This document shows, piece by piece, positions 11,201-19,125 of a stretch of 64,000 nt of DNA (the first letter of the stretch is position 1; each line of letters starts with the position of its first letter). Origin of the DNA: Candidatus Thorarchaeota archaeon (GTDB lineage Archaea > Asgardarchaeota > Thorarchaeia > Thorarchaeales > Thorarchaeaceae); the NCBI GenBank assembly GCA_019057475.1, contig DXJO01000010.1, positions 256,001 through 320,000 of the forward strand. Direction: 5' to 3'. The notes below the pieces were generated by a model. The model saw only the letters and a list, made by a program, of their open reading frames with translations, had not been told where the DNA came from and searched no databases. Both the position numbers and the translations under genes were made by a program.

Positions 11201-12041
11201 TTGCCCCGTCTACCGAGAAAGAGTATACTAACGTATCATTGCTGAAGTAAACGTACACATCACCCAGGCTGGTCCCGAAGACCACTTCACGCGCAACTGT
11301 ATCTGCGAGGTCGCCGATGCCAAGTACGCAGACTGCACTCGAGGCCAGTTTCTCGAACGCCACAGTACCGGTGCTGTTCAGGAGGGTAAATCTGCCAATC
11401 TCAGAGCCCGCAAGGACCTCATCAGCGGCGCCACCAAGGACATCGCCAGCAGCGACTGCACAAATGGGTCCGTTGCTTGTATAGTTCCAGAGCTGAATCG
11501 AGTTGGTTTCATAAGCGTACACACGATTATCGTCGCAGCCGACCACAACTTCGTCCTCACCGTCACCGTCAAGGTCGGCGGACACAATAGCTCTAACATC
11601 GTTTCCTAGGATTATGTTAGCGAGGACTGTCTGATTAGCAGCAATGACCTTGAAGCCCTCGGTTGTTCCCACGAGCAATTCCATCGTTGTGCCAGCATCA
11701 ACAGCGATGGGCGCCAGCACATGCGGGGTTATGCCTAGGTCAGCCTGCCAGAGCAATGTTCCATCATCATCAAAGAGGTACAGTGAGCCGTTTGCCGTCA
11801 GTACTGCCACTTCATCGTTGGCGTCCGCGTCAAAGTTATCGATCACAAGATCAATGACCTGTGCTCCTGTCGTATTAGTCCAGGCCTCAGCCACGTCGAA
11901 TTCTGCGATATCAGAAAGGTGCAGCGGCATCCGTCCGAGTTCAAAGGCAGCCAAATCCATCGAGGTATCCCCTGCAGTGGTCTGCATACCCACTAACGCG
12001 CACACGATTACGAATCCTAGAATCAAATGATAGGGTTTCAT
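5265..12041 (-). CDS. Giant type-I membrane protein: signal peptide, FG-GAP/BBS2-like beta-propeller, ~75 TSP3-like Ca-binding repeats, TM helix, cytoplasmic Ig-like appendage-type domain
   Basis: 2258 aa; hydrophobic N-terminus; blades such as ADLDGDGEDEVVVGCDDNRVYAY; repeats D(S/T)DxDGLxDxxE...TDP; TM VVPVAGIVGLLIGLAIV followed by KRVR. Confidence 0.85.
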   Translation of the reverse strand: MKPYHLILGFVIVCALVGMQTTAGDTSMDLAAFELGRMPLHLSDIAEFDVAEAWTNTTGAQVIDLVIDNFDADANDEVAVLTANGSLYLFDDDGTLLWQADLGITPHVLAPIAVDAGTTMELLVGTTEGFKVIAANQTVLANIILGNDVRAIVSADLDGDGEDEVVVGCDDNRVYAYETNSIQLWNYTSNGPICAVAAGDVLGGAADEVLAGSEIGRFTLLNSTGTVAFEKLASSAVCVLGIGDLADTVAREVVFGTSLGDVYVYFSNDTLVYSFSVDGAITALEVDALVAGAKDELAVGTSLNDLRIYNSSGALQWNYTMGGQVAEVHFLDVGGTVDNQALVSYKGGIALYNSTGHEVVQTSLFGYSGATDLGDLDNNSKHEYAIGDNSGLVRTYGLDLDGDGLADARENSIGTDVNDSDTDDEGLLDGEEVLTYGTDPLLPDSDGDKLSDFAEVITYGTDPLDTDSDDDLLTDWQEIYLGTNPNQADSDLDGLDDYEENNITATDPNVVDTDEDGINDALDDNDGDGLTNIQEVRLTLTGPNDVDSDLDGISDYYDDEDSDDLANWKEIEVGSDPLDPDSDDDLLLDGEEVKTWKTSPTDPDTDNDQLTDYEEVMIVGSDPTESDTDSDGLDDYAEYVTYGTNASAPDTDLDGLNDGQEINVYNTNATNPDTDGDGLSDGVEVNVWGTDPNIVDTDLDGLSDFDEVTIHFTNATLTDTDSDGLDDGVEILTYGTNATSVDTDADGLLDYDEVQYLSSGFDPTNPNTWHGTTNDYDWDLDSDNLSNGEEIYLTRTDPTLADTNLDGTDDDLEDSDLDDLNNWVEINTTQTDPRNPDSDGDGVKDGDEYLILGTDPNDGDSDDDTISDYDEDFDGDELSNGVELYITKTNATDAYTHGVAQPRDDMYDSDSDLLPNWFEVKMSLTDPLYNDTNDDGIFDWEEDPDGDELTNLEEYNVGTNPLAADTDLDGLTDAEEVREVFTDPLDNDSDDDGILDGNDDADNDGLTNLEELRTYGTNCTNWDTDGDRIRDGLEIQVGLNATNHDSDGDSLYDGWNDINGNGIYEPHLDELGEDVNANGIVDPDETSPFEADSDQDGLDDGEEYAIGTNPLNPDSDEDGLLDAEEVNDYFTNPLNNDTDLDFLSDYIEVKITGTDPLNNMTYGVMDGVYDSDSDGLSNLDEINLYDTSPGDFDSDDDGLSDGDEILIHNSDPLAADSDGDGLNDFDEIQAGTNCTLMDTDGDGLDDYVEVELLGTDPTNVTHSDYDDDLDGDGLSNGIEIYGYGSNATNPDTDGDGLWDGIEVNFAGSSPTDMDTDNDGLSDYEEYIIYHTNPTGTDSDSDGLDDYYEVYVSLTNATLWDSDGDEVNEYLTDPNNPDSDSDMIDDKQEIELGTNPNSNDTDGDGLSDWDEWQVHGTDPTEADVDGDGLNDKEELEEGTDPENPDSDFDSLSDGDEVNIYGTSPLLDDTDGDNLADNDEIWNSHTDPTLRDTDGDGIDDNLDDEDGDGLNNHDEIYMYQTNCTLLDTDGDLLSDFYEIFTSETDPRNMDSDADGLGDWDELFFYSSDPNDRDTDDDGLEDGEEALTYHTLLNSTDTDMDRLNDYDEIMVFETDPLQYDSDGDGLGDGDELDIHNTDPLKEDSDGDLLLDGQEVNGFFLQFYNASGQQELRLVFTNPRDRDSDNDGLTDYHEVNMTLTDPTLYSSNPFGLSDADWDMDEDNLTNSQEIRLTLTNPRLNDTDSDGTLDGADDEDRDLLTNWEECVLTETDPRIKDTDGDGTSDLNDDEDDDGLSNGDEMHIYGTDPLEEDTDSDDLSDWEEVEDYFTDPLDYDTDGDGLGDGEEILDYGCDPLSNFTDSDLLTDWEEVFLTGTDPTTNTTFSPTISDDDWDSDNDGLGNLEELRDYGTMPLDPDSDNDDLEDGYEVALGTDPLNSDSDEDLLLDGPEIFEHRTNPLSNDTDGDLLSDFMEIETYHTNATNADSDGDGLSDYDEVITHVDLGVDPWKPDTDLDGLNDYQEVIAHHTDPTSADSDGDGLSDSIEIFTSDTNPLSNDTDSDGLSDGAEYNVYLTDPTLWDSDGDTLSDYDEIFVYGSNPLSTDSDGDGLLDAADFMPTVHWVVPVAGIVGLLIGLAIVTKRVREEYFVEEFVTTAEPASPGLEPGMEVAVEYKIREGKVVFGVVIRNGSENAMQNVQVILGVPDLTDSIRSEAIGTVEAGAMNVVEIEFELQPGAEGELVGMVEYDSVEGEHRVVNLQPVKIVA
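5720..10850 (-). repeat. Protein-level tandem array of ~23-aa acidic TSP3-like repeats, degenerate at DNA level
   Basis: Recurrent DxDxDGLxDxxE-x3/4-GT(D/N)P over about 1700 aa. Confidence 0.85.
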
Positions 12042-13030
12042 ACCTCAACTTCTCCTGTTTGGTCTTTCTGTCTGAATGGCTTCACCTGGAAGAAATCAAA
12101 GAAATCCGCCTCGACCAGACTAACCTCGTCGAAGGGTATCTTCATTTCGTTAAGTGTTTCAATGAGCGGAACAAGCTCTTGACTTGGATTATCTACGAAG
12201 AGCTTCACCGATTGCCGGCCAACTCTTGCCATGTACTTTACGCCGGGAATCTCCCTGAGAAGATCGAGCATAGCCGGCGACCTGCTGCCAAGAACGACCA
12301 GAAGACTCTCACCATGTCCTGGCAGAGTTGAGATGAGTTCATCTGGCGTTCCAAACTGACTCACGAGGCCCTCCTCAAGAAGACACACTCGTGTACAGTA
12401 GTCGACAATCTCCAGGTCGTGGCTGATAATCACCATTGTTGTACCGAGCTCATAGTTCAGTCTCTTCAGGTAGTTCATGGTTTCGTGACGCAGATGCGCA
12501 TCAAGTCCAGTAGTTGGTTCATCAAGTAAAAGCACTGGTGGGTCATGAATCATTCCTAGGCAGATGGATACTCTCTTGCGTTCACCACCCGAGAGCTTCT
12601 TCACGTGTTTTGTCATCAATTCCTCATCGAAGCCCAGGATTTCGAGAACATTCCGCGATCGTTTCTCAATCTCCTTGGGTCTAAGTCCGTAGCACCGGCC
12701 GAAGAATTGGGCATTCTGAAGAGGCGTGAAATCCCAGTATAGACTGAGATGCTCCAACTGAGGAACATAGCCCACAAGCAGGCTGATTAGCTTCCGTTTC
12801 TTCGTGACATCGTGGCCTCCCACGTATGCCTCACCACTTGTTGGTCCAATCTGTCCTGTAAGCACTCTGAGGACTGTTGTTTTTCCCGCACCAGAGGCAC
12901 CGATGATTCCCAACATCTCTTTCTTGTCTGCAAAGAATGACACTCCACTCAGAGCGTAGAACTTGCCGAAGGCGACCTTGAGGTCTATGATGTCAATTTC
13001 TCTTTCAGAATGATCGCTCAATTCACACAC
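12038..13030 (-). CDS. ABC-2-type exporter ATP-binding protein
   Basis: Walker A GASGAGKT, signature LSGGERKR, Walker B LLLDEPT, H-loop SHD; overlaps both neighbours. Confidence 0.9.
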   Translation of the reverse strand: MCELSDHSEREIDIIDLKVAFGKFYALSGVSFFADKKEMLGIIGASGAGKTTVLRVLTGQIGPTSGEAYVGGHDVTKKRKLISLLVGYVPQLEHLSLYWDFTPLQNAQFFGRCYGLRPKEIEKRSRNVLEILGFDEELMTKHVKKLSGGERKRVSICLGMIHDPPVLLLDEPTTGLDAHLRHETMNYLKRLNYELGTTMVIISHDLEIVDYCTRVCLLEEGLVSQFGTPDELISTLPGHGESLLVVLGSRSPAMLDLLREIPGVKYMARVGRQSVKLFVDNPSQELVPLIETLNEMKIPFDEVSLVEADFFDFFQVKPFRQKDQTGEVEV

Positions 13031-16000
13031 CTCCCACCTTGTCGCTCACGTCCCGGAACATCTTCCTCGCCCGCTCAAGATGCTCCATCAGAACTCTGAG
13101 TGCTTCCACCTTCTGGATTCGGTCCAAATCTTCTCTTCTGATAAGCTCCTCAATCTGTACGAATGCTGCAAGCATTGTATTGAGCGTGTTATCAATCTGG
13201 CTCGTGAGAACCGGGTCAACCTCGATTATCCTCATTTGCTTCTTCTTTCTGCGTCTGCTTACATATGTCTGAAGCATTACGGCACCAAAGATTCCCATTG
13301 ATGAGAGAAAGGCGATCTGCACCATGGTAAGATATTCCCAACGTTCAATCGTTGGCGTTGGTATATCGGGTTCTATGAAGTGGAAACTAACGCTAGCAAA
13401 TGTTGGGGCATAGTCCTCGTCTAAAATCATGAAGATGCCGTTGATGCGTCCTGATGACCTCCAGTAAATGGGTAGAAACTGTGATGAGTACAGGCCATTC
13501 TCGACAGAGCCCGCGATGAAGAATGCAAGGCTACCATTTGGCAGTTCGAAGACGATCACGACGAACAGGTCATCTACAGTTTCTCCGTTGTAGTCGCTCA
13601 CGTCAAGATTGAGATAGACACTTCTGCCCACAGGATACTCAGTCGTATCCTCAGCAAGGCTAGCCACGCAAGTCAGTGTATTCCTTAGGAGATACTCATT
13701 TAGATTGTCAAGCAGAATGCTATTGTTACACTTCACGAGATTCTTGTTCATGAATATCCTAGAGGATCCAAAAAGCGCTATCTCTGGACGCGAGTCATCA
13801 AGCAGTATTACTGAATTTCCTCCGATTGTGGCGCATGCTTTTGACTGGTTGTTCAGAATGAATGTGCCTTCTCCAAGCCATATCGAGTCCAGGTTCGCAC
13901 CAAGGATCGAACTTGCAATAATCTCGGTTGTGTTTTCCTCGGAATGCTTGCCTGCCATCTCATAACCATACTCTAGCAGAAGTGGATTCAGTCCCGTGAG
14001 GTTTGCACGGTCATCATAATCTCCGAAGATGATGAGATTGCCGCCGCTTGCGGTGAACTCTCTCAGCATCTCTATCTCTGTGGAGTTGAACTCTTTTGTG
14101 GGGCCGATGACGAATATGGCTGAGAATTGTACCAAGAGATCTGCGTTCAGGTCCATGCCGGGCATCTCTACCAAATCGAGTCCGACCTCCCGCATTCTCT
14201 TTTTCATCTCTGAGAGGCCTGAGAGAGTGGTCATGCGCATCTCAGCGAAAAGGTCGTCAATGGACTCCAAATCTCCAATGCCCATGTTATCTGGGGGGTC
14301 CTCTTGTAGTGTTCGAGCCTGTATATCCTCCGCAAGTGGGAAACTTGTGTTTACTCCCAGATCACCACCTAAATCCCCTCCCAAGCCGCCCATGTCTCCT
14401 CCAAAGCTCAGTCCACCTCCGTGCGACGTGTCTAGAAGCATCATGGCTCGGGGATATTCCAGGTGTGTGTCGAGGGTTATGTTGGTGGTCCATCCGTGCT
14501 CTGTTTCAATCACATAATCGCACCAATGGTACCCATCCATCGTTATTGGTGGCACAAGTGTGAACAGTGAGAAGTTGTAGTATCCCATCACATTCTCGCT
14601 TGCGGGAAGACTGGCATTGCCCCACTCGCTGGCATTCCCGTGGTTTGTCACGGTGAGACTACCTAGTCCAACAGTGGTTGAGAGAGAGATCGTGAAGAGG
14701 CCATAGTCTGCAGGGAAGACGAGATTGAATGGAGCATAGGATATGCTCTTCGGGAACACGGATGTAGATGCGATTGGCGATATCACGAACACATCACGGA
14801 TGAGGAAGTCGTTGAGGATACCCACAGACAGGGTCAATTGGGATGTTGGTTGAGCGAGGAGTGCCACTGCACTCTCGATGCCGCCTGCGACAACCCATGC
14901 CTCTGAGTTGATGCCTTCCTCCTCCGGACTCCATTCTGCGGTGACCACTCTTGCGTGGAATGGCTCGACCGCATCAAAGTTATGGAATCTAGTGAACAAA
15001 GCCCCCTCGTCCTCTTGTGCTTGACCAATGATCAGGGCTCCCACCATATCAGAAGGCTCAACCCCGATGTTCATAATGACCGCACGAGATTGGTAGTACT
15101 CTCCTACTTGGGTAATCCGGGGCATGTCCGCTTCGACAACAATCAAGTCGCCCTGGCTCACCACTTGTCCTGCGGGTGCTCTAGTCCACATTTCTTCAAT
15201 GGAAGCATCAAGCACGGTACGGTTCTCACCGAAGCCCATTGCAATTGTGACATTTACAAGCTCGTTGGGGGCTACAGCTCCAAAATGCCATTTCATGCCC
15301 AGCCCGACAGGGCCATCAAAGGTCGTGGAACCGGTCAGGTTGTCATCGGAAACGTGTGACGTAATGTCGGACGAGTTTCCGACTTCAAAAGCGTCCAGAG
15401 GTCGGCTAGAGTTAATCCCGAAGTAGAAGCCGCGATAGTCCTCTGAGATGCCGTAAGCGAATAGTTGTTGGTTTCCCAGTGCGAATTTTCCGTGGTCATC
15501 GAGATCGTCAAGGAAGATGTCCAATGAGTACGCCAAGAATAGACTAACATTAGCAAGCGGCTGATCACCTAGGTTGAGAATGAATGGAGTCACTCGGTAA
15601 GCGGTCAGCGGCAGTGGTGATGCCGTAGTCAAGTTGTAGGATTCAACAAGTAAAGTCACGTAGACCTCGTCGTCATAGGACATGATTCCAATCCATCTAT
15701 TGTATCCTTCATCTCCCTCGGCCATGGCAACTTGATGCATCTCTCTCTTGACATCGAACATCATAAGGTTCGTCGGGTCCATGTTGTTCCATCGTAGCGA
15801 AAACATGCCCATCAGCAAGTGGATGTTCATGCCCTCGGTCCCGCGTTGGTCCATTGCAACAACAGTCGTTCCATAGCTGCTCATCATGAGGCTTGTTGAT
15901 GCGTTATTTCCAGCTGAACTCAGGATGCCAAGTGCGATGAGAGGGAGGCCAGTGGTCCGTAGGTGGGGGTCGATTGGTTCTTGCCTCAAGCTGAGGTAGC

Positions 16001-17417
16001 TGAATGCAGCTTCCAGATTGAGGAGTCCTGCACCTGCGTCATTGGCTCCGAAGTTCACTGGCGTGGCCGTGTCTCTAAGTACATTGGCTAAGGCAATTGG
16101 CGTAGCCCTGTCGAACGCCTGCATTAGGATAGCAGCCGCCCCTGCAGCGATTGCAGCTGATGCTGCTGTGGAGTCTGCAATGATATAGTTGTCATCAAGG
16201 TCTTTACCCAGAGCACCTCCCATGAGACCTCCGAGCCCCCCGAGATCTCCCATATCGCCTAGGCTGAAGGATCCCAGTCCGGCCATGCCAGATAGGCCCG
16301 CTCCGTGTTTAGCTCCGATAATGTCCATCCCGGGAGCGACAATGTCCGGTTTGGTGAGCATTTCCAGTGATGGACCCCTGCCTGAAAAGGCTGGCACTTC
16401 TTGCTTCTGTAAATCAAATGCTCCAACAGTGAAAGAAGCAGCTGAGCCGCCGGGGGACATAATGGTCAGATAGTCCGGTCCGTCATCCCCGGCCGCGGCT
16501 ATAACAAACACACCCTTCTCCGCTGCGGCCTTCACAGCCATTGCGACTGCATCTCCAGGTGCGCCGAAGGTGTTGAAGGGAAGCAGTATAATGTCCGCTC
16601 CATGACTACAGGCCCACTCGATTCCTGCAACAATCCAGCTGGGGACCGCCAAGAGACCTCCGAATGTCACTTTTGCTGATAGGAGGGTGGCTCCAGGGGC
16701 AATGCCCGCGTAGAGGCCGTCCGAGCTGTTACCAGTGCCTGCGGCTATCGATGCAGCATACGTGCCATGTCCAATGATGTCAAACGGAAGCGCGTCAATT
16801 TCTGTAAATGAAGCGAAGGCAGTGACCTTCGAGTCAGTCGTCGAGCTATTGTCATCGAAATCATCAAGGTCTGGGTGCATGAAGTCAATTCCAGTGTCAA
16901 GTACGGCAATCACGATTCCTGACCCATTGTAGCCTTGTTCCCAGAGGTTTCTAGCCCCAATTGCATCAACAGGTGAAATATAATCATCAATAGCCAGATA
17001 GCTGGCAGAGGTCTGATGGTCAGGTATATCGATTGGCCTGGGTTCATTGGACCAGATATTCTTGATGAAACTGCTCCGTGCCAGTTCGATGATTGCACTT
17101 CCCACAAGCTTCACGCGGAGCATGTTCATTGCATCGAACTGTTCGACAATCTCAGCGCGTTTGTCGAGAATGGAGATGGCGCTACGTGCCTTGTACTCCG
17201 CAGCTTCATCGAATCTTACCAACAGATCAATCTGTTCGTCGGTGTCCAATCTATCCACCAGTGACTGGTCAATCTTGGTGAAGGGTGAGATTTCCTCGGT
17301 TTCAGCCAATGGAATTGACAGAGCTGCCGCGGGCGAGCTAAGCAAGATCATCAGAAGTACCATGACGGCCAAAGGCCTCACAGTATCCACGCTGCTCGTC
17401 CTCCTCAACACTACCAT
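13023..17417 (-). CDS. Membrane-anchored S8 subtilase-like protein, probably catalytically dead, with prodomain, Ig-like domains, GIFT (GldG/IFT52)-like domain, TM helix and cytoplasmic helical tail
   Basis: IAVLDTGID (Asp) and GHGTYAASIAAG (His) present; AAAGDDG instead of AAGN; DSTAASAAIAAGAAAIL instead of GTSMAxPxVAG; IGPTKEFNSTEIEMLREFTASGGNLIIFGD. Confidence 0.8.
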   Translation of the reverse strand: MVVLRRTSSVDTVRPLAVMVLLMILLSSPAAALSIPLAETEEISPFTKIDQSLVDRLDTDEQIDLLVRFDEAAEYKARSAISILDKRAEIVEQFDAMNMLRVKLVGSAIIELARSSFIKNIWSNEPRPIDIPDHQTSASYLAIDDYISPVDAIGARNLWEQGYNGSGIVIAVLDTGIDFMHPDLDDFDDNSSTTDSKVTAFASFTEIDALPFDIIGHGTYAASIAAGTGNSSDGLYAGIAPGATLLSAKVTFGGLLAVPSWIVAGIEWACSHGADIILLPFNTFGAPGDAVAMAVKAAAEKGVFVIAAAGDDGPDYLTIMSPGGSAASFTVGAFDLQKQEVPAFSGRGPSLEMLTKPDIVAPGMDIIGAKHGAGLSGMAGLGSFSLGDMGDLGGLGGLMGGALGKDLDDNYIIADSTAASAAIAAGAAAILMQAFDRATPIALANVLRDTATPVNFGANDAGAGLLNLEAAFSYLSLRQEPIDPHLRTTGLPLIALGILSSAGNNASTSLMMSSYGTTVVAMDQRGTEGMNIHLLMGMFSLRWNNMDPTNLMMFDVKREMHQVAMAEGDEGYNRWIGIMSYDDEVYVTLLVESYNLTTASPLPLTAYRVTPFILNLGDQPLANVSLFLAYSLDIFLDDLDDHGKFALGNQQLFAYGISEDYRGFYFGINSSRPLDAFEVGNSSDITSHVSDDNLTGSTTFDGPVGLGMKWHFGAVAPNELVNVTIAMGFGENRTVLDASIEEMWTRAPAGQVVSQGDLIVVEADMPRITQVGEYYQSRAVIMNIGVEPSDMVGALIIGQAQEDEGALFTRFHNFDAVEPFHARVVTAEWSPEEEGINSEAWVVAGGIESAVALLAQPTSQLTLSVGILNDFLIRDVFVISPIASTSVFPKSISYAPFNLVFPADYGLFTISLSTTVGLGSLTVTNHGNASEWGNASLPASENVMGYYNFSLFTLVPPITMDGYHWCDYVIETEHGWTTNITLDTHLEYPRAMMLLDTSHGGGLSFGGDMGGLGGDLGGDLGVNTSFPLAEDIQARTLQEDPPDNMGIGDLESIDDLFAEMRMTTLSGLSEMKKRMREVGLDLVEMPGMDLNADLLVQFSAIFVIGPTKEFNSTEIEMLREFTASGGNLIIFGDYDDRANLTGLNPLLLEYGYEMAGKHSEENTTEIIASSILGANLDSIWLGEGTFILNNQSKACATIGGNSVILLDDSRPEIALFGSSRIFMNKNLVKCNNSILLDNLNEYLLRNTLTCVASLAEDTTEYPVGRSVYLNLDVSDYNGETVDDLFVVIVFELPNGSLAFFIAGSVENGLYSSQFLPIYWRSSGRINGIFMILDEDYAPTFASVSFHFIEPDIPTPTIERWEYLTMVQIAFLSSMGIFGAVMLQTYVSRRRKKKQMRIIEVDPVLTSQIDNTLNTMLAAFVQIEELIRREDLDRIQKVEALRVLMEHLERARKMFRDVSDKVGGV

Positions 17418-17424
17418 ATCCCCC

Positions 17425-19125
17425 TCACTTTTCGATTTTCCCCGTAATCAGCCCTCTTGTGATAGCGATGTAGTAGTCGACCATGTCGCTGACAGCCTTG
17501 GTCTTGACAATCTTTATCGCGATTTTCTTGTCCTTCAATGCCGTTGCGCACCTTTCCGCTATGATCTGCAAAGGCTCATCTGTGAAGACCTTTAGCAGTT
17601 CTCCGCGCTGAAGCACGAATCTGACTCCTGTGATACCTTCAAGCACTTTCCGCGCACGCGGGTCGACTTCCTCAAGCACGATTCCAACGCTGAACCCTCT
17701 CGATGGCATTGTTTCCTTGAGGCTTGCTGGAGTGCCAAATGCAACCAGACTCTTCCCGCGCATGAATACTGCAACCTTATCACAGAACTCTGCCTCAGAT
17801 GGATAGTGTGTGACGACCACAATGGAAGTTCCGTACTCTTGGTTGATGTAGGTCAGGTAGTTCCAGAGCTCGCTACGGTTATCTGGATCCAGCCCACTGG
17901 TTGGCTCATCCATAAGGAGCACTTTGGGCCTGTGGGCAAGAGCTATTGCAATGGATGCTCTCCTCTGCTGCCCCCCACTGAGCTCTCGAGTCGCATTGTT
18001 GCCCTTTTCGAGAATGTCGAAGTCCCTTAGGAGTGCCTTTCCCCTCTGTATAAGCTGCCACTCAGGAATGTCATACTGCTTACCGAATGCAATAATGTTC
18101 TCAAGCGGAGTAAAGGTCTCATACATGTAGTTAAGGTCTTGCGGACAGTATCCGAAGAAGTAACGGACCTTGCGCGTCTGTTTCGAGTCTATTCCTGCTA
18201 TTCTGGCCACTCCTGTACTTGGGATGTCACCGATTAGCGCCTTGATAGTCGTCGTTTTTCCGGCACCCGATTCGCCTATAATAGCTAGCATTTCGCCCTC
18301 TTGAATAGAGAAGGAAACGTTCTCAATCAGTTTCTTACCGCCTCGGACTGTGACTGTTAGATTGCGAGTGGATAACACATCTCTGTAGGCAGGAGCGTCC
18401 TTCCAAGCAAATGGCTGGACGTAGACCTTGTCTGCGAGTATCGTTAGATTTGGATTCGAACTCGGACCAATGAGAAGCTGAGGCTGCGCGATAGTGAATA
18501 TCTTTGGATCTCCCACAGAGTCTTCCGGCTCGACACGTACTTCAAGGAAACCCTCAAGCAGGATGGGTGCTGGCTTCAAAGAGGCACCAACAAGATTTCC
18601 CTTAATCAGTATCGGCAGTTTGTCGGAGGCTCGTTTCCCCCATACGGTGCAAGAAACCTGGCGGCTCTGTTTCATCTTCTCTAGGGCCTTCACTGCCTGC
18701 TGAAGGTCGCGTCCATCGTAGTAAAGGTCATCATCCAAGTTTCTCTTCAGGTAGTTCTGCAAGGTGACTTGGGCGGCGGCAACATCTTCATGTGTAGCGC
18801 CCTCGCCTCCCACGGTCAGAACCGTGTCCAGATTTCCAACCTTCTTCCGGCGCAGGTCTTCTTCAATAAGCACTGCAATGCGTCGCGTTAATACTCCTTT
18901 CCGAAATTTCAGTACCCTGCCCTTGAAACGCACCTCTTTTCCCGTTGCGTTAAGTACTCCTTGCACGTCACAGTGCAACTCCCTATCATGTCTGTCGATG
19001 CACCAGTCAATTGCCTCTCCCATTCTAGATCCTGAGAAATAGGCTTCCTCCACAAACGAGGGCATTTCTCTGGGTGGAGCGGGCGCACTACCTGGTTTGG
19101 GTTCCATGGCTTGTTTCTCCTCCAT
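17425..19125 (-). CDS. ABC ATP-binding protein with a ~240-aa N-terminal extension (two TrmB C-terminal-subdomain-like copies)
   Basis: GESGAGKT, LSGGQQRR, LLMDEPTSGLD; N-terminal TVGGEGATHEDVAAAQVTL. Confidence 0.85.
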   Translation of the reverse strand: MEEKQAMEPKPGSAPAPPREMPSFVEEAYFSGSRMGEAIDWCIDRHDRELHCDVQGVLNATGKEVRFKGRVLKFRKGVLTRRIAVLIEEDLRRKKVGNLDTVLTVGGEGATHEDVAAAQVTLQNYLKRNLDDDLYYDGRDLQQAVKALEKMKQSRQVSCTVWGKRASDKLPILIKGNLVGASLKPAPILLEGFLEVRVEPEDSVGDPKIFTIAQPQLLIGPSSNPNLTILADKVYVQPFAWKDAPAYRDVLSTRNLTVTVRGGKKLIENVSFSIQEGEMLAIIGESGAGKTTTIKALIGDIPSTGVARIAGIDSKQTRKVRYFFGYCPQDLNYMYETFTPLENIIAFGKQYDIPEWQLIQRGKALLRDFDILEKGNNATRELSGGQQRRASIAIALAHRPKVLLMDEPTSGLDPDNRSELWNYLTYINQEYGTSIVVVTHYPSEAEFCDKVAVFMRGKSLVAFGTPASLKETMPSRGFSVGIVLEEVDPRARKVLEGITGVRFVLQRGELLKVFTDEPLQIIAERCATALKDKKIAIKIVKTKAVSDMVDYYIAITRGLITGKIEK

